DNA of 63,949 nucleotides, filler included, from Pelomyxa schiedti (GCA_020536535.1; 8 parts of 8 records of this genome joined end to end with filler, not necessarily neighbours in it); one strand, 5' to 3'; shown: positions 15,458-27,697, counted from the whole stretch's first letter. Numbers and translations are program-made. The notes: a model not told the origin generated them from the letters alone.

Positions 15458-15551
15458 GTGAATGTGAGTAACAGTAATAGCGGCATTGGGGCAATACCGG
15501 CGCATGAGAGGGTGGCGTATGACGCTCTGTTCCATCAAACTACTACCGGCA
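15454..15551 (+). repeat. 98-bp inverted templated insert at the duplication junction
   Basis: Reverse complement of 16090-16187 (EH copy-2 exon 1), carrying the copy-2 variants. Microhomologies are CAAT (left) and CCGGCA (right). Confidence 0.9.
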
Positions 15552-16312
15552 TTGGTATTCCTGGATAATGAGTGAGCATGATGTTTATAGAAGAAAGGTG
15601 TAAATTGTAATCAAAGGTACTTTGAACACCAAGGCGGGTAAGATAGCAAGCAATGGAAAACTCTTCCCTATCCAGCATTCCATCTTTGTCAATGTCACTT
15701 AAGTCCCTGTGCACCCATTATTATTTGAGGCATGAGGAAATTTGTAGTACTCAAACACTCACGACAGTTACACACCATACCATATCTTTGCAAGCACATC
15801 AACCGGTAATCCTGACTGAGAGAAGAGGCCGCGAGCCAGTTCTCCTGCGGTTTGGTGTAATGAATTAGAATATATTTATTTATTTTTTTTTATAATAATC
15901 AATCAATAAGTCCATTTTTATGATGCCAATGCTATTCCCCTTGTGTACCGCACAGAACACTATACTGATTGGTACACAAGTCAATCTATTACACAAACGC
16001 ACTCAACAATTAATATTTTTTTCAAAAAAAAAAAAACAAACACAGAGGTATGCTGTCGATCTGCAGGTGCACATTACCTGAGAGTGGTTTGCCGGTAGTA
16101 GTTTGATGGAACAGAGCGTCATACGCCACCCTCTCATGCGCCGGTATTGCCCCAATGCCGCTATTACTGTTACTCACATTCACATTGGCGTTGATCCCCG
16201 GTTGTTGTTGCTGCTGTGGCTGCAGTGTGCCAGTGGCTGGGTTGAACCCCATTCCCATAATACCCCCACCCACCATGCCCATGTTCATCATCTGTGGCAT
16301 CGGCACCTGCAT
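15535..16312 (-). pseudogene. 3'-truncated duplicate of the EH gene (complete EH domain, then GIPMPVVV*)
   Basis: Same exons as 13470-14219. The reading frame runs into the inverted insert and stops at 15535-15537. Confidence 0.75.
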
Positions 16313-17574
16313 CTTGGTAGCCCTCAACCACTTTTTGCTGTATCGAAATCAAAAAAAAAGTAAAATATTTTATTTTTTTTTTTTTCTTCTTCAGGGAGGT
16401 GAATAACTATTCTCTAGTGCTGGTGGATTCTTGTTGTTTTGATGGTGGTGTGGAATTACTTGTGGTTGGGTCAGTGTGATTGGATGTGGTAGTGGCTGCA
16501 GATATTAGCTGTGTGTTCATGGACTCGGGAACACATGCAATGGTGATTATAAGCCCGGCTATAGCAATGCCGGAGCACACAGCGAATGTTACTTGGTAGC
16601 CCCATGCTGATGCAACCGGTTCAAAGAACAGAGACCCGATTATGGCTCCAAGTTTCCCGGCTGCGGCTGATATCTTGTTTGGGAGGTTATTCATAAGGAA
16701 GTTTAACAACGAGAGGAGTGGTTGCTTACACCATGGCAGGTGGCTCGGATTTCAGTGCTGTAAATTTCACCGGGAATCACAAAGGTGGTTGTGTTGGGCC
16801 CGAGGTTGCTCCAGAAGAAAGTAAGCCCATATACGAAAATAAACAGCACTTTCTTCTCGGAGATGGAATTGTAGGCGGCTCCCATTATGGCAAACAATAC
16901 AGCGACGAAGCCAAATCCAACCAGCTAAACACGCAGAGTTAGAATCTACTCCGGGATTTCAGGCAAACCTGGATGGACTTCCTCCCTATTATATCAATCA
17001 GGGGAATGGAGAGAAAGTAGCCAGGAAGAGCTATGGCAGCAATACATATTGATGCCAATGCAGTGTTTTGTATGACATCACGTGCTGTGTCACCACCGGA
17101 AAGGCCCAGGATTTCAATCACTGTCTCCTTGAACAGTCCATTCCCATAAAAAGTAATGTCAAATAGGAACCATGTTGCGGCTGTTCCAAATAAATGTAGC
17201 TTGCATTTGTTCAGCATCCCGAGCGTCTGTTTTAAATATCATTACTTCCAAATCGCTTTCCAATTAAACAAACCATTCGGAAAGATAACTTGGTCTTTTC
17301 CACTTGCATGAAGTGGGTTGATTCATGGAGCTGCAATCTGTGGTAGGCTGTAAGAAGACAAGGGATTGCCGCAATGCCAAGAGACAGTCTCCACACCAAT
17401 TCTAATTCGATTGGAAGTAGGAGAAATAAAGAGACCTGGATTAAGAATAAACAAGTCCCAAACAAATCAAGAACAAACCATAGATGGAGCTAACAGGTTT
17501 CCAAAACCTTGCATTGAAAACACAAAGGACATGTTCCTTCCTCGTGTACTACTATCAGAGGATTCAGCGGCAAT
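15546..17574. repeat. Tandem segmental duplication, copy 2
   Basis: Matches 13469-15457. Confidence 0.95.
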
Positions 17575-18287
17575 AGTTGCCGACAAGGGATACTCTCCTG
17601 TGGGAGTATTTAATACTGGCTAGAAGTAAGCTTCTGGGACTGCACCTCCAATCCCAAAGCCAAGGCATAATCTGAATAATATCAAAGCGAGGTATGGCCC
17701 GCTATCATTTAAGGGACTCAGTGCAGAGCATAGTGTGAATGTAATAATAAAGGTCATTGTAACGATAAACATCGTTTTCCGGCCTATGTGGTCACCAAGG
17801 AGCCCAAACACAAGTTGCCCAATAGCGGCACCAACGAGAGCTGCTGTAGCCAGGAGTGATTCAACAACTCTAAGATTAAGTTAAATGTATATGTGGACTT
17901 CGGTGCATACGTTGTCCCAGAGTACAATTCACGGAGAATTACAATTATAATACCCATTACAAATAAGTCATAGGCATCTAAGAGAACCATCTTTAAAAAA
18001 AAGACCTCACAGAAGGGAGAACAATACCAGTCATAAATCCAACCTACATAGCAAATGAATAACGAAAAAAAACATAGCCCCAAAGTCAAGAACCAGGAGG
18101 GAATGTGGTACCTTACCGAGATAACCACAAGTTTAGTCAGGAGACCCATGTCTCTGTTTGACTTATGTGACCTACACCAGCCACCTCTCCCCAACAGCCC
18201 AGTTGATGAGGAACCTGACACATTCCATGGAATCAGAGGTTCCCTTGTTCCATTACAATCATCACTGCAGTCAGCTTCTTTATGCAT
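16407..18287 (-). CDS. MFS inorganic phosphate:H+ symporter (PHO84/PHT1-like), full copy (start approximate)
   Basis: DAYDLFVMG, GDHIGRK, RLCLGFGIGG|EYPLSATIAAE, RGRNMSFVFSMQGFG, WFLFDITFYGNGLF, NLGPNTTTFVIPGEIYSTEIRATCHG|ISAAAGKLGAIIG. Confidence 0.92.
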
Positions 18288-18749
18288 TTTATTCTGGCTG
18301 TGGCTGGGTATTAAATACTTGCTCAGTTGTTATTATTGTGACTGAATTTTGTCGTTTTGCATGTTGCAAGAGTTGAAAAAGCCAGTAGAAAAGAAAAAGG
18401 GTACCCACAATCCGTGTCGGTGCTGCTCATAAGGAACAAATTAGTTGTTCCTGGGCAAAAAAGAGAGTGCGCCCGGCTAAGGCACTGACCCAAGTAAGGT
18501 GCCAGCACCGCAGAGAGCCTGAAAATTTCGTCAATTGGTTTCGGGGCTGTCGATGTTTTCAGAGCTCTCCCTACAGCTGGCAGGTCACTTGTTCCATGCC
18601 CTGTGGAGGGGCCCTCTCCTCCAAATAACTTCGTTGCAAGCTGCCAGCTTTTCTTCAGCAAAGAATCTGCCCAGAACAGATTGTGGGGCATCATCAGTTA
18701 CTGGAAACAGCTTCCGTAACGCTGGCCAAGGGGCACTTGTGGGTTCGAA

Positions 18750-20677
18750 ATGAGTAGCAAGACAGAGCTAGATGTTGAGGGAGACATCGACCGGGGTTGT
18801 TGCCGAAGAAAGAGAGGGGGCAGTGACAGGGACATGCACCCTGTTGTAAAGCTACTAGTCATATCTGTATGTATTGGCAAGTGTGCCGGGGAATAACATG
18901 GATATATTAAGTAATCAATCGCCCATGTATGATTATTAAGACGGTTTAGGTGGGATTTATGACAGGTGCAAACCACTTTGTATTTTTTTTTTCTTTCTAT
19001 TTTTTTGCTGTTTTTCCCCTTTGTGGACTGACTCTTATGGTGCTCAGATGCTTATGACTTGTTTGTTATGGGGATGATCATTGTAATTCTTAGGGAAATT
19101 TACAATGAAACAGCGTGTGTTTGTCCACTATCTGGGTTTCTTCTGATCAATTAATTCATAGGATGGCAGCATCTGCTGTAGCAACAGCTGCCCTTATTGG
19201 AGCAGCCGTTGGGCAGTTGCTCTTTGGAATGTTGGGTGACTACATTGGGAGAAAAGTGATGTTTATGGTCACACTCACGCTGATCATTGTATTCACTTTG
19301 TGCAGTGCTTTCAGCCCAGTTAATGAACATGGCCCATACCTTGCCTTAACTATTTTCCGGCTGTTCTTGGGTTTTGGAATTGGAGGTAACTTCTGTAAAA
19401 CTTGTTGTTGTAGAAAAATTCAAATTTTCACCAAAGGGGAGTACCCTCTCTCAGCAACAATTGCTGCCGAGTCTTCTGAAGTCAGAAATAGAGGAAGAAA
19501 TATGTCATTTGTATTCTCAATGCAAGGGTTTGGAAACTTACTTGCACCGATAGTGGTTTGTGAACGTTTTATTCTTTTTTTTTATTTTTGTTGATTCTGA
19601 AACAGGTTTCTTTGATCCTTCTTCTCCCTATTGACTTGGAGTGGGTGTGGAGATTGGCTCTTGCTGTCGCGGCAATACCCTGCATTGCTACAGCATATCA
19701 CAGATTTCAACTTCACGAATCCGCCCACTATCAGCTGGTGAAGAAGGAATCGATGTCCCTCAGAGAGGTTTGTAGACCCCAAATTCTACTTCGAGGTTTC
19801 TTACTTTATATTAGACCTTCCGCCTGCTCAACCGATGTAAATTACGCCTACTTGGAACCGCAGGAACCTGGTTCTTGTTTGATATTACATTCTATGGAAA
19901 TGGATTGTTCAAAGAGACAGTTATTGAATTGATCGGGCTGTCAGGTGGTGACACTTCACATGAGATTGTCCAAAATACTGCTGTTGCATCAATTATTATT
20001 GCCGCAATGGCTCTGCCGGGCTATTTCCTTGCAATTCCCCTGACAGACAAAATCGGGAGAAAAGCTATACAAGTATGTACTCTAAAACTTTAGGATGCTA
20101 TTTGGGATTGAAGGCTGACTTAAATCACCCAAAAAAAACACAAAAAGCTCATAGGCTTTGGCTTTGTTGCGGTACTGTTTGCATTAATGGCTGGGACTTA
20201 CAACTTTATTGTTGAGAAGAAGGGCCTGTTCATTATCATGTATGGGCTCACCTTCTTCTGGAGCAATCTCGGACCCAATACCACAACATTTGTCATTCCC
20301 GGTGAGGTATTTGGAACTGAAATCCGGTCTACTTGCCATGGTGTATGTATCCAAATCCCAGTACTACATAATAGAGCAACAACAAAACTACAACTATTTA
20401 CCCTATTTACTATAAAAATACAAATTACTATAAAAAACTAAACATCAAACAGATTTCGGCGGCAGCCGGGAAACTTGGGGCCGTTCTTGGGGCACTTTTG
20501 TTCTCACCAGTGTCAGAGGCGTGGGGCTACCAGGTCACGTTCGGCTGCTGTGCCGGGATCGCACTTGTGGGACTCATCATGACCCTGGCTCTGGTCCCCG
20601 AGTCCAACAACATGGTCCTCAAGTCCGCCCGCGACGAGGACGACGACCCTGCTGCCAGTCTCATAGACAAACACTAA
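18750..20677 (+). CDS. Second MFS phosphate transporter paralogue (PHO84/PHT1-like)
   Basis: Same motifs as the minus-strand gene (DAYDLFVMG, GDYIGRK, GEYPLSATIAAESS, FDITFYGNGLF, NLGPNTTTFVIPGEVF). Intron positions largely shared. Confidence 0.92.
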
Positions 20678-20931
20678 CCTCGCAAATCTGTGTTTTGGTT
20701 TTTCTTTGTCCCAACTCAGTACACACCCAACTTGGGAAGAAAACTTGGCCGCCAAAACATTACCGAAAAAAAAAAAAAGACCCTCGTGGTGCCGCTGTAC
20801 CAACATTGTTGATGACCGACATCGCTGTAGCATAATTATTCCCGTATTCAACGAATTGCTTCGAACCGTTGTGAAAAAAAAAAGGCGAACAAATAACCAG
20901 TCGTTTACAAAAAAAAAAAAAAAGTTTTAGG

Positions 20932-23900
20932 ATGAACCGACACCCACCGCAACCTCATCAACAACAGCAAGGAAGTGCATCGCCAGTTACCTCTACCTCT
21001 ACTTCAACCTCCACATCCACATCTGGGGCTAGAAGTGGCATTCTGGAAACTGTGTACGATGCTTGTGTGCGTGATGACGCCGAAACGGTCGCTTCTCTTC
21101 TCGGAAGTAGAAGCAACTCACCCCAAAGCCCGCAGCTCAATCACCAAAACGCATCGCATTCTCACTCACAATCTACCATCACCACCACCACCAGTTCTGC
21201 TGCGCAACCGACGACGCCCGCGCTGACTAAGCAGCAGCGACTACTGTCCAGATTCGGAACTGTGAGCTGCACAAGGCTTGACAAGTGGAACACGGATGGC
21301 TCTGACGAAGTTNNNNNNNNNNNNNNNNNNNNNNNNNNNNNNNNNNNNNNNNNNNNNNNNNNNNNNNNNNNNNNNNNNNNNNNNNNNNNNNNNNNNNNNN
21401 NNNNNNNNNNNNCAGTTCTGCTGCGCAACCGACGACGCCCGCGCTGACTAAGCAGCAGCGACTACTGTCCAGATTCGGAACTGTGAGCTGCACAAGGCTT
21501 GACAAGTGGAACACGGATGGCTCTGACGAAGTTGGTGGCGGCCCTAGTTCCAACAGCGGCGGCGGAATCTCGGTGGACGACATAATTGACACTTTCTTTG
21601 GGCGCTCGGCATTTCACGTGGCTTGCTACAATGGCAGCGTGAAAGTTCTTGAGTTTCTACTGAGCCAACATTGCCAGATGAACAGGCTGGACTCAGAAAA
21701 GCACACCGGCTTGCAGATGGCATGTGTCAACCAGAAGGCGGATGTTGTAGGTATTCTGGTCAAGGCTCCTGGCATAGATGTGAACACATCAAACCCGCTT
21801 GCTGTTGCCTGTGAGAGAGGTAACATTCTGATTGTCAGGTTATTGTTGGAGCACAGGAACATCAAGGTTAACCTTCAAGATGCCGATGGGAAAACTCCTC
21901 TTTACACAGCCACAAAGAAAGGGCTGACTGAAATTGCTGCTATGCTGCGTAGTAAGGGTGGAACCGGAGAATACACCCCACCACAACATACACCCACAGA
22001 AGAATTGCAACTGAAAAAGGCCCATAAATCTGAACCTGTCCTTTTTCAGGGCATTGGTTCCCAATTAGGTTCATTCTTCCCTGTTTCCACAGACTCTCAG
22101 ACAGCATACCTATCCAGCTCCTCAACGATATACCCAACCAGCTCTCCAACCAGCTTTCACACAAGCTACACAACCAACTCCCCAACAAGCTCTCCAACAA
22201 GTTCTCCAACGAGCTCTGCAACAAGCTCTACAATCCTCAGGACTCCCCAGCCAGTAACACCAGCACTTTATCATAAGCCAGTTATGAAGACTCCTGAAAA
22301 CCACTTCAAGGAAGAAATTGAACTGCAAATAGCCAGGTATTCGAGGGAGCTTGAAGAAAAACAAAACCTGCTACAAGGACAAACTCAAGACATCAGCTAC
22401 CTCAAAGGTGAAGTGCAAGATCTCCAAACGGAAAAGGATAGGAGGGAGCGGGATTTTAGTGATCTGCAAAGTCAAATTCAACAAGAAAGAGTTCAGGCCT
22501 CTCAGGAACTTAAAATACTTAGGGAAGCCAATGCTCAATATTTAAGAGACCAAGATCAACATCAACAACAGGTTCACACTATGCGGGCGCAGATAAACAA
22601 CCAGCAACAGCAACTAGAGCAATGTCGTCGCAACCTGGAAGCACAAAGTGTAACTAAAGAGCAACTGCAGAACCTCCAACGAGAACAAAGTACACTTAAA
22701 GTGTCACTACAAAGGGAGACAGAGCAACATCAAAGGGAACTTGCCAATTTACGTAACGAATATGAGGAACAAATAGCGAACCTCAAAGCAGACCACGCCG
22801 CACAGCTGGAAGCAAAGAAGCATGATTTTGACGTTCTTAATGAGAGCTTCCTGAGGCAGAACCAGCGGCTAACCTTTACAATTCAGTCCCTTCAGGATGC
22901 CCAAACCAGGACCAATGCCCTAAAGAACGAACTTGAGCAACAAAGAACTGGTACCTGCTGTTTACCTTCCTGTTTTTGGTGCTAACTGGAGCAACAGGAG
23001 CCACAAAGCAAATTGAGGATTTGACCCAGAAGCATGGTGAAGAAACCGCAGGTATCCCGAATTTTATAAATGCCACCACTTAGTCATTCCAGTTCTCAAT
23101 GAGACTGTTGACTCTATCAAACTGCAACTGTGCCTGAGTCAGGCCAAGTATCTTGAGAGCATTTTTTCAAAGTTTGAGAAGGGAAACCTTGGAACCGTTG
23201 GAATGGATGATCTGGATATCGGCAAAGCAAGATACCTTGGAAAAGGATGCAATGGGTGCGTTTACCGGGTTCCAGTACAGGACACCTTTCACATCCCAGG
23301 CCAACCTGCAGAAGTGGCACTCAAGATGTTATACAACTACTCTGCAGGAAACACCACCGTGGACCTCAAATTCTGGTTTTCCAGAGAGTACAGAATCAGC
23401 ATCCAGTTCCCGCACTGGAGCCTGTGCAACACCTACAACTACTTCCAGTCAAAAACGCTCCTCAACCTACTTCCACAAGACATTCGCCCAAAACATGCCA
23501 TTGTTGATGACCAGCACCACTTCCTTGAGGGCTACAATTCCCCTGATGCAATACCCCTATGTTACCGCACAACTTATGTCCCACAAGAACTTGGGATTGG
23601 CAATTCCGAGGTGTTCCTGGCCAACAAGCTGAACCGAATTCCACGTGCACCAATGCCACAGGGACTCACCAGCAACCCACTCACAGACCAGGGAATCCTG
23701 GAGCTTGCGTTCTGCCTGCTGTGCTCTTGCGCACACCTCAACGGCAACAACTGCTACCACGGTGACATCAAGCTGAATAACATCCTGGCTGTTCTAAGGC
23801 TCAGGATACATGGGTTCCTCTGGGTTCTGTGTGACCTCGGCACTGTCAGAGAGTGTGATGCCCAAGGGTTCCTCCCACCAAGTCACACACTGGAGGGATG

Positions 23901-24498
23901 TCCAGAGAACCGCTCCCCTGAGGTCAGAAGGGGACCACAGCCTCCTTCACCCACACTGTGCTTGGCCAAGAATGATGTGTGGGCAGCTGGCTGTGTTGTG
24001 TATGAGCTCATAACGGGAATGCACCCCTTCCACTCTGACAGCAGGTTTGACAGCAATTCCATCACAGACCTCAGCCTCGGGCCGCAGCAGGTCCCCCAAT
24101 CTCACAGGGATCACATACTGAGCCCACTTGTTGGATACCTCCTGGAGAGGGACCACCACATCAGGCCCAGTGCAAAGGAGGCCATGCTGGTGTGTGGAGC
24201 CCTAATTTTCCTCCCTGCTGCCAACTGTTCATCATTCCTGGTTCCTGTGGCCACTCGCCAGAGTGTGCAGCAAGCCATTGAGCTGTTTTCCAACACCGGG
24301 AGAGTCTGGTCTGCTCTGAGGCAGGTCCACGAGCCGAATGTGGCCCGCATTTCTGAAGTCGAGCGGACCAGGGGACAGCAGATAACCACCCGCGAGTTCC
24401 TGAGCCTTGTGTTCACTAATGCAGCTCTCTCTGATGTTGACTTCTTCTGTGCCACAATGGTGAAATTCTTGTCAAGACTGCACAGCCTTTTGCCATAA
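20932..24498 (+). CDS. Ankyrin repeats + coiled coil + PINK1/NKF2-like protein kinase
   Basis: Four ankyrin repeats (GRSAFHVACYNG, KHTGLQMAC, NPLAVACERG, GKTPLYTATKKG), a Q/E-rich coiled coil, and two short introns after 22950 that keep frame into the kinase (LGKGCNGCVY, VALKMLYNY, HGDIKLNN, DLG, SPE, NDVWAAG). Confidence 0.85.
21313..21412. other. 100-N gap flanked by an exact 121-bp direct repeat (21192-21312 = 21413-21533)
   Basis: Read directly. Collapsing the overlap restores the ORF. Confidence 0.9.
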
Positions 24499-24525
24499 TG
24501 CGATGTATGAAATTTTGTGGGCTTG

Positions 24526-24625
24526 NNNNNNNNNNNNNNNNNNNNNNNNNNNNNNNNNNNNNNNNNNNNTTAATTAATTAANNNNNNNNNNNNNNNNNNN
24601 NNNNNNNNNNNNNNNNNNNNNNNNN
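24526..24625. other. Scaffold join 44N-TTAATTAATTAA-44N (six-frame stop linker)
   Basis: Artificial linker. The same format occurs at 45122, 51252, 55053, 56351, 57824 and 62557. Confidence 0.95.
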
Positions 24626-25928
24626 GTTGGAATATAAGACCACCTTCAAGAAAGGCATGTTTTGTGATGAAGCCAGGGGTGCCCTTCACTGTCCTCAACG
24701 GCTTACACAGGTCTGTGTTCACATCCCACACATTGTAATCACAACTGTGTGTACTGAACACACAAAACTGTGACTTGTTCAACTGTGACTCCACATCTTC
24801 AGGCACTTCTTCAAATGGTGGGCCAAATCGTTCCACTGTGCCTGTTCCCTCATCAATTGCAACAATGCAACCACCAGAAGTCAATGATGAGTAAGAATCA
24901 CCAGCGAGAACGAAAACAAAGCTGTGCACACCACTCTCTTTGGCAAGCACCATAAAGTGCCAGTTCTTGTCTGTCAGGTAATCAAATATCTGAGGCTCCT
25001 CAAACCGAGGAGTGGTCACACTCAGCACTGAAAGTTCCTTTGATGAAAGGGTTTGACGTAGGTCCACCATCAGAAGCCTGCTGAAAGAAGAAATCCCATG
25101 ACAGCACACCAACACGTGGTCCTCTTCTCCACAACCATTGCAGAACGACAACTGGCAGTAATTCCAGTTTCCCTCAATGGACCTGAGTGACACAACAGTG
25201 GTGGTCACAGCTGTATCCAGTAGTGTGCTGTCTGTTTTTGTACTGGTTGTTGTTCCTTCTCTGCCTGTGTGAATGGGAAGCTGCACAACATACATCTTCC
25301 TGGAGTATGCATCACAGAACACGAACCACTTGCCATTAGTTCCATCATCAGAGGAATAAGCCCAGACCCTGCTGCCAGTCCTGAACAAGCTCCTCCCTTG
25401 CAGAAGCGGCAGAGGCACCCTTTCAGCAGTGACAGTGTCCTGCAAGTAATACCGCTGCCTCTTCCACACCACCAAGCACCTCTGGTTGGCCCCCTCGATT
25501 GACCTGCTGGCCCCAGAGCTCCACCACCTCACTGCATGAGTGACTGATCCAATCAGTGTGGAAACACCAAAGGTGACCGCCAATGAATTGTTACCCTTTG
25601 TGTTGCATGTGACATAGAAGAACCTCGCAGTGGACATCAGCCACCCCCACAAAACCCTCAGGACCAAAGTGGAGTGACCACCATCACCATCACCGTCATC
25701 ACCATCGCCACCACTTTCCCACAATCCAGAACCGTAGCCGCGGCCACTGAGTGAAAGCAGCAACAAGGGGCACGTTGTTGTTGTTCCGTCTCGTCCGCCG
25801 CCGCACCTCTTGTGTGTGCCGGTGGCCAGCGCGATGAACTGGTCCCTCATTGCAATTGTGGTTGTTGTATCAACGGCAAACGTGCGCCCAGCGCGGCGAT
25901 GGACTTGCCGGCCGCGTACCGTCGCCAT
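24626..25928 (-). CDS. 'RDQF' family protein 4, intronless, 3' end cut by the gap
   Basis: MRDQFIALATGTHKRCGG, RVLWGWLM, TNGKW, MVDLRQT and EGGLIFQ. Closest to 4206-5690. Confidence 0.8.
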
Positions 25929-26075
25929 CAACAGTTTAAGCAGGCGAAAACGATCTTCACTGCTCTCGATTGTTCTCTGGAGTGTGAGTCCTCTCCTGTG
26001 AGTAGTAGTGGTGTATAAATGGGCATGCGTGCCAGGCAGTCCCTGCGATTTCCAGATGGCGTGCAAGCGTTGACA

Positions 26076-26175
26076 NNNNNNNNNNNNNNNNNNNNNNNNN
26101 NNNNNNNNNNNNNNNNNNNNNNNNNNNNNNNNNNNNNNNNNNNNNNNNNNNNNNNNNNNNNNNNNNNNNNNNNNN
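26076..26175. other. 100-N gap with 121-bp duplicated flank (25955-26075)
   Basis: Read directly. Confidence 0.9.
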
Positions 26176-26302
26176 CTTCACTGCTCTCGATTGTTCTCTG
26201 GAGTGTGAGTCCTCTCCTGTGAGTAGTAGTGGTGTATAAATGGGCATGCGTGCCAGGCAGTCCCTGCGATTTCCAGATGGCGTGCAAGCGTTGACAAGGA
26301 AG

Positions 26303-27697
26303 ATGCAGTCCTTTCGGCGAAGAGCACCGATTCAGAATCAGAAGAAGAAAAAGACTTCGCACTGTGCGATAAATTGGGTGTTTATTTTGATGCATCAAGT
26401 GGCGCTGGCGCTGAGCTCGTACTCTCTGTGCAAACACAAACGCTACAAGGTGAGGCCCCACCTTCTCTCATCACGTGGAGAGAGACACCCGCGATTCGAT
26501 TTGTTGTTGTTGTTGTTGGCTTACCTTGGTGAAAACAACAACAAGGCGACAGTGACGGTCACGGACGCGTCGTGGTGGAGGCAACACGGCATCGACCGGT
26601 ACTCCCTGTCGTTCGCTGTGTTGAAGTACTCAACTTGGTGCCACGCCTCCTCACTCAAAGGTACTTATTTTTTTAATTATTATTATTATTGTTGTTGTTG
26701 TTTACCAGAAGGCATTGTAACATTATTGTAACATTATAATATTAACGAAAGTTAATGATTGTATGATTAAGTGTAGTTTATACACTGCTGTATGGTGACA
26801 TGCATTTTAGAGGTTGTTTGTCGAGTGTGTGATCCAAAGAAGGGAAATGTGGTGAAAATGTCACCGGCTCCAATGCCACAGGACTGCAATTCAGTCGAAT
26901 TTGACGTGACCCCAGTGTGCAACTCCACCCGGTATCACAGTTAATATCTGCGTTTTATCTGTTTTGCTCACACTGTTGTTCAAACAATAGGTCCCACATT
27001 GGATCACAGATTCGGCTTGTTGTTCAAGGGTTTCCGGGACTCGATATTGTCTCCCCACCAGTTACATTAATTTCGCGGACCTCTCGAAAACGTCAAGGCC
27101 TCACAAAACAGCTCACCGTCATCACCAAAAATGAATGTACAAATGTGCCGCACGGAGACTTCAAGCTGTTGATTGGAGTGGAAGATGGGCAAATGTTTTA
27201 TGAATGCTTCTCATTGTTGCCACAAATTGCCCAAACAGAGGCAAGAGAACACCCGCAAAACATTCTCTTCTCAAAATCACTCTCACAGATGGAAATTACG
27301 CGTATGTAATTACTCTCCCAAACATTCCTCACATTTCCCTGATTACCCTTAGGCCCTTTCATTTGGGTTTACCTTGTGCGCTTCAAACCTGAAATTATAG
27401 AGCTATATTCTGTGTGGTTGAGCTGTGCTGGCCGGTTCTACACACTTATTTATGAACTTCCACTTACCTATGGTAAACCGAAACATTTTCCTCTCCCTTT
27501 TGTATTCTAACAATACAATGACAGAAGGGACATCAGTTGTAATTATGGTATTTCCCTCACTGGTAAGTGCTATCCTTGCCGAGAGTGCCTTCCTCTCCCG
27601 TTGGGCTATGTTGCACTCACAGAATTGCCTTGAATTGTTCCAACCCTCCAACCGTTGGATGGACCTCATTGGTTGGGCCTCCAACTCTGTTTTCTGA
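26303..27697 (+). CDS. Putative CudA-like DNA-binding protein, multi-exon
   Basis: Spliced model ...HKRYK|ATVTVTDASWW...SLK|EVVCRVCDPKK...VTPVCNSTR|SHIGSQIRLVV...SPPVTLISRTSRKR. All junctions are GT-AG and keep frame to the stop at 27697. Family assignment is from motif recall only. Confidence 0.55.

Noticed and set aside
18722-18752. tRNA-like A box (TGGCCAAGGGG) and GGTTCGAA
   Set aside because: The two are only ~10 nt apart, the B box lacks the closing CC, and there is no cloverleaf.
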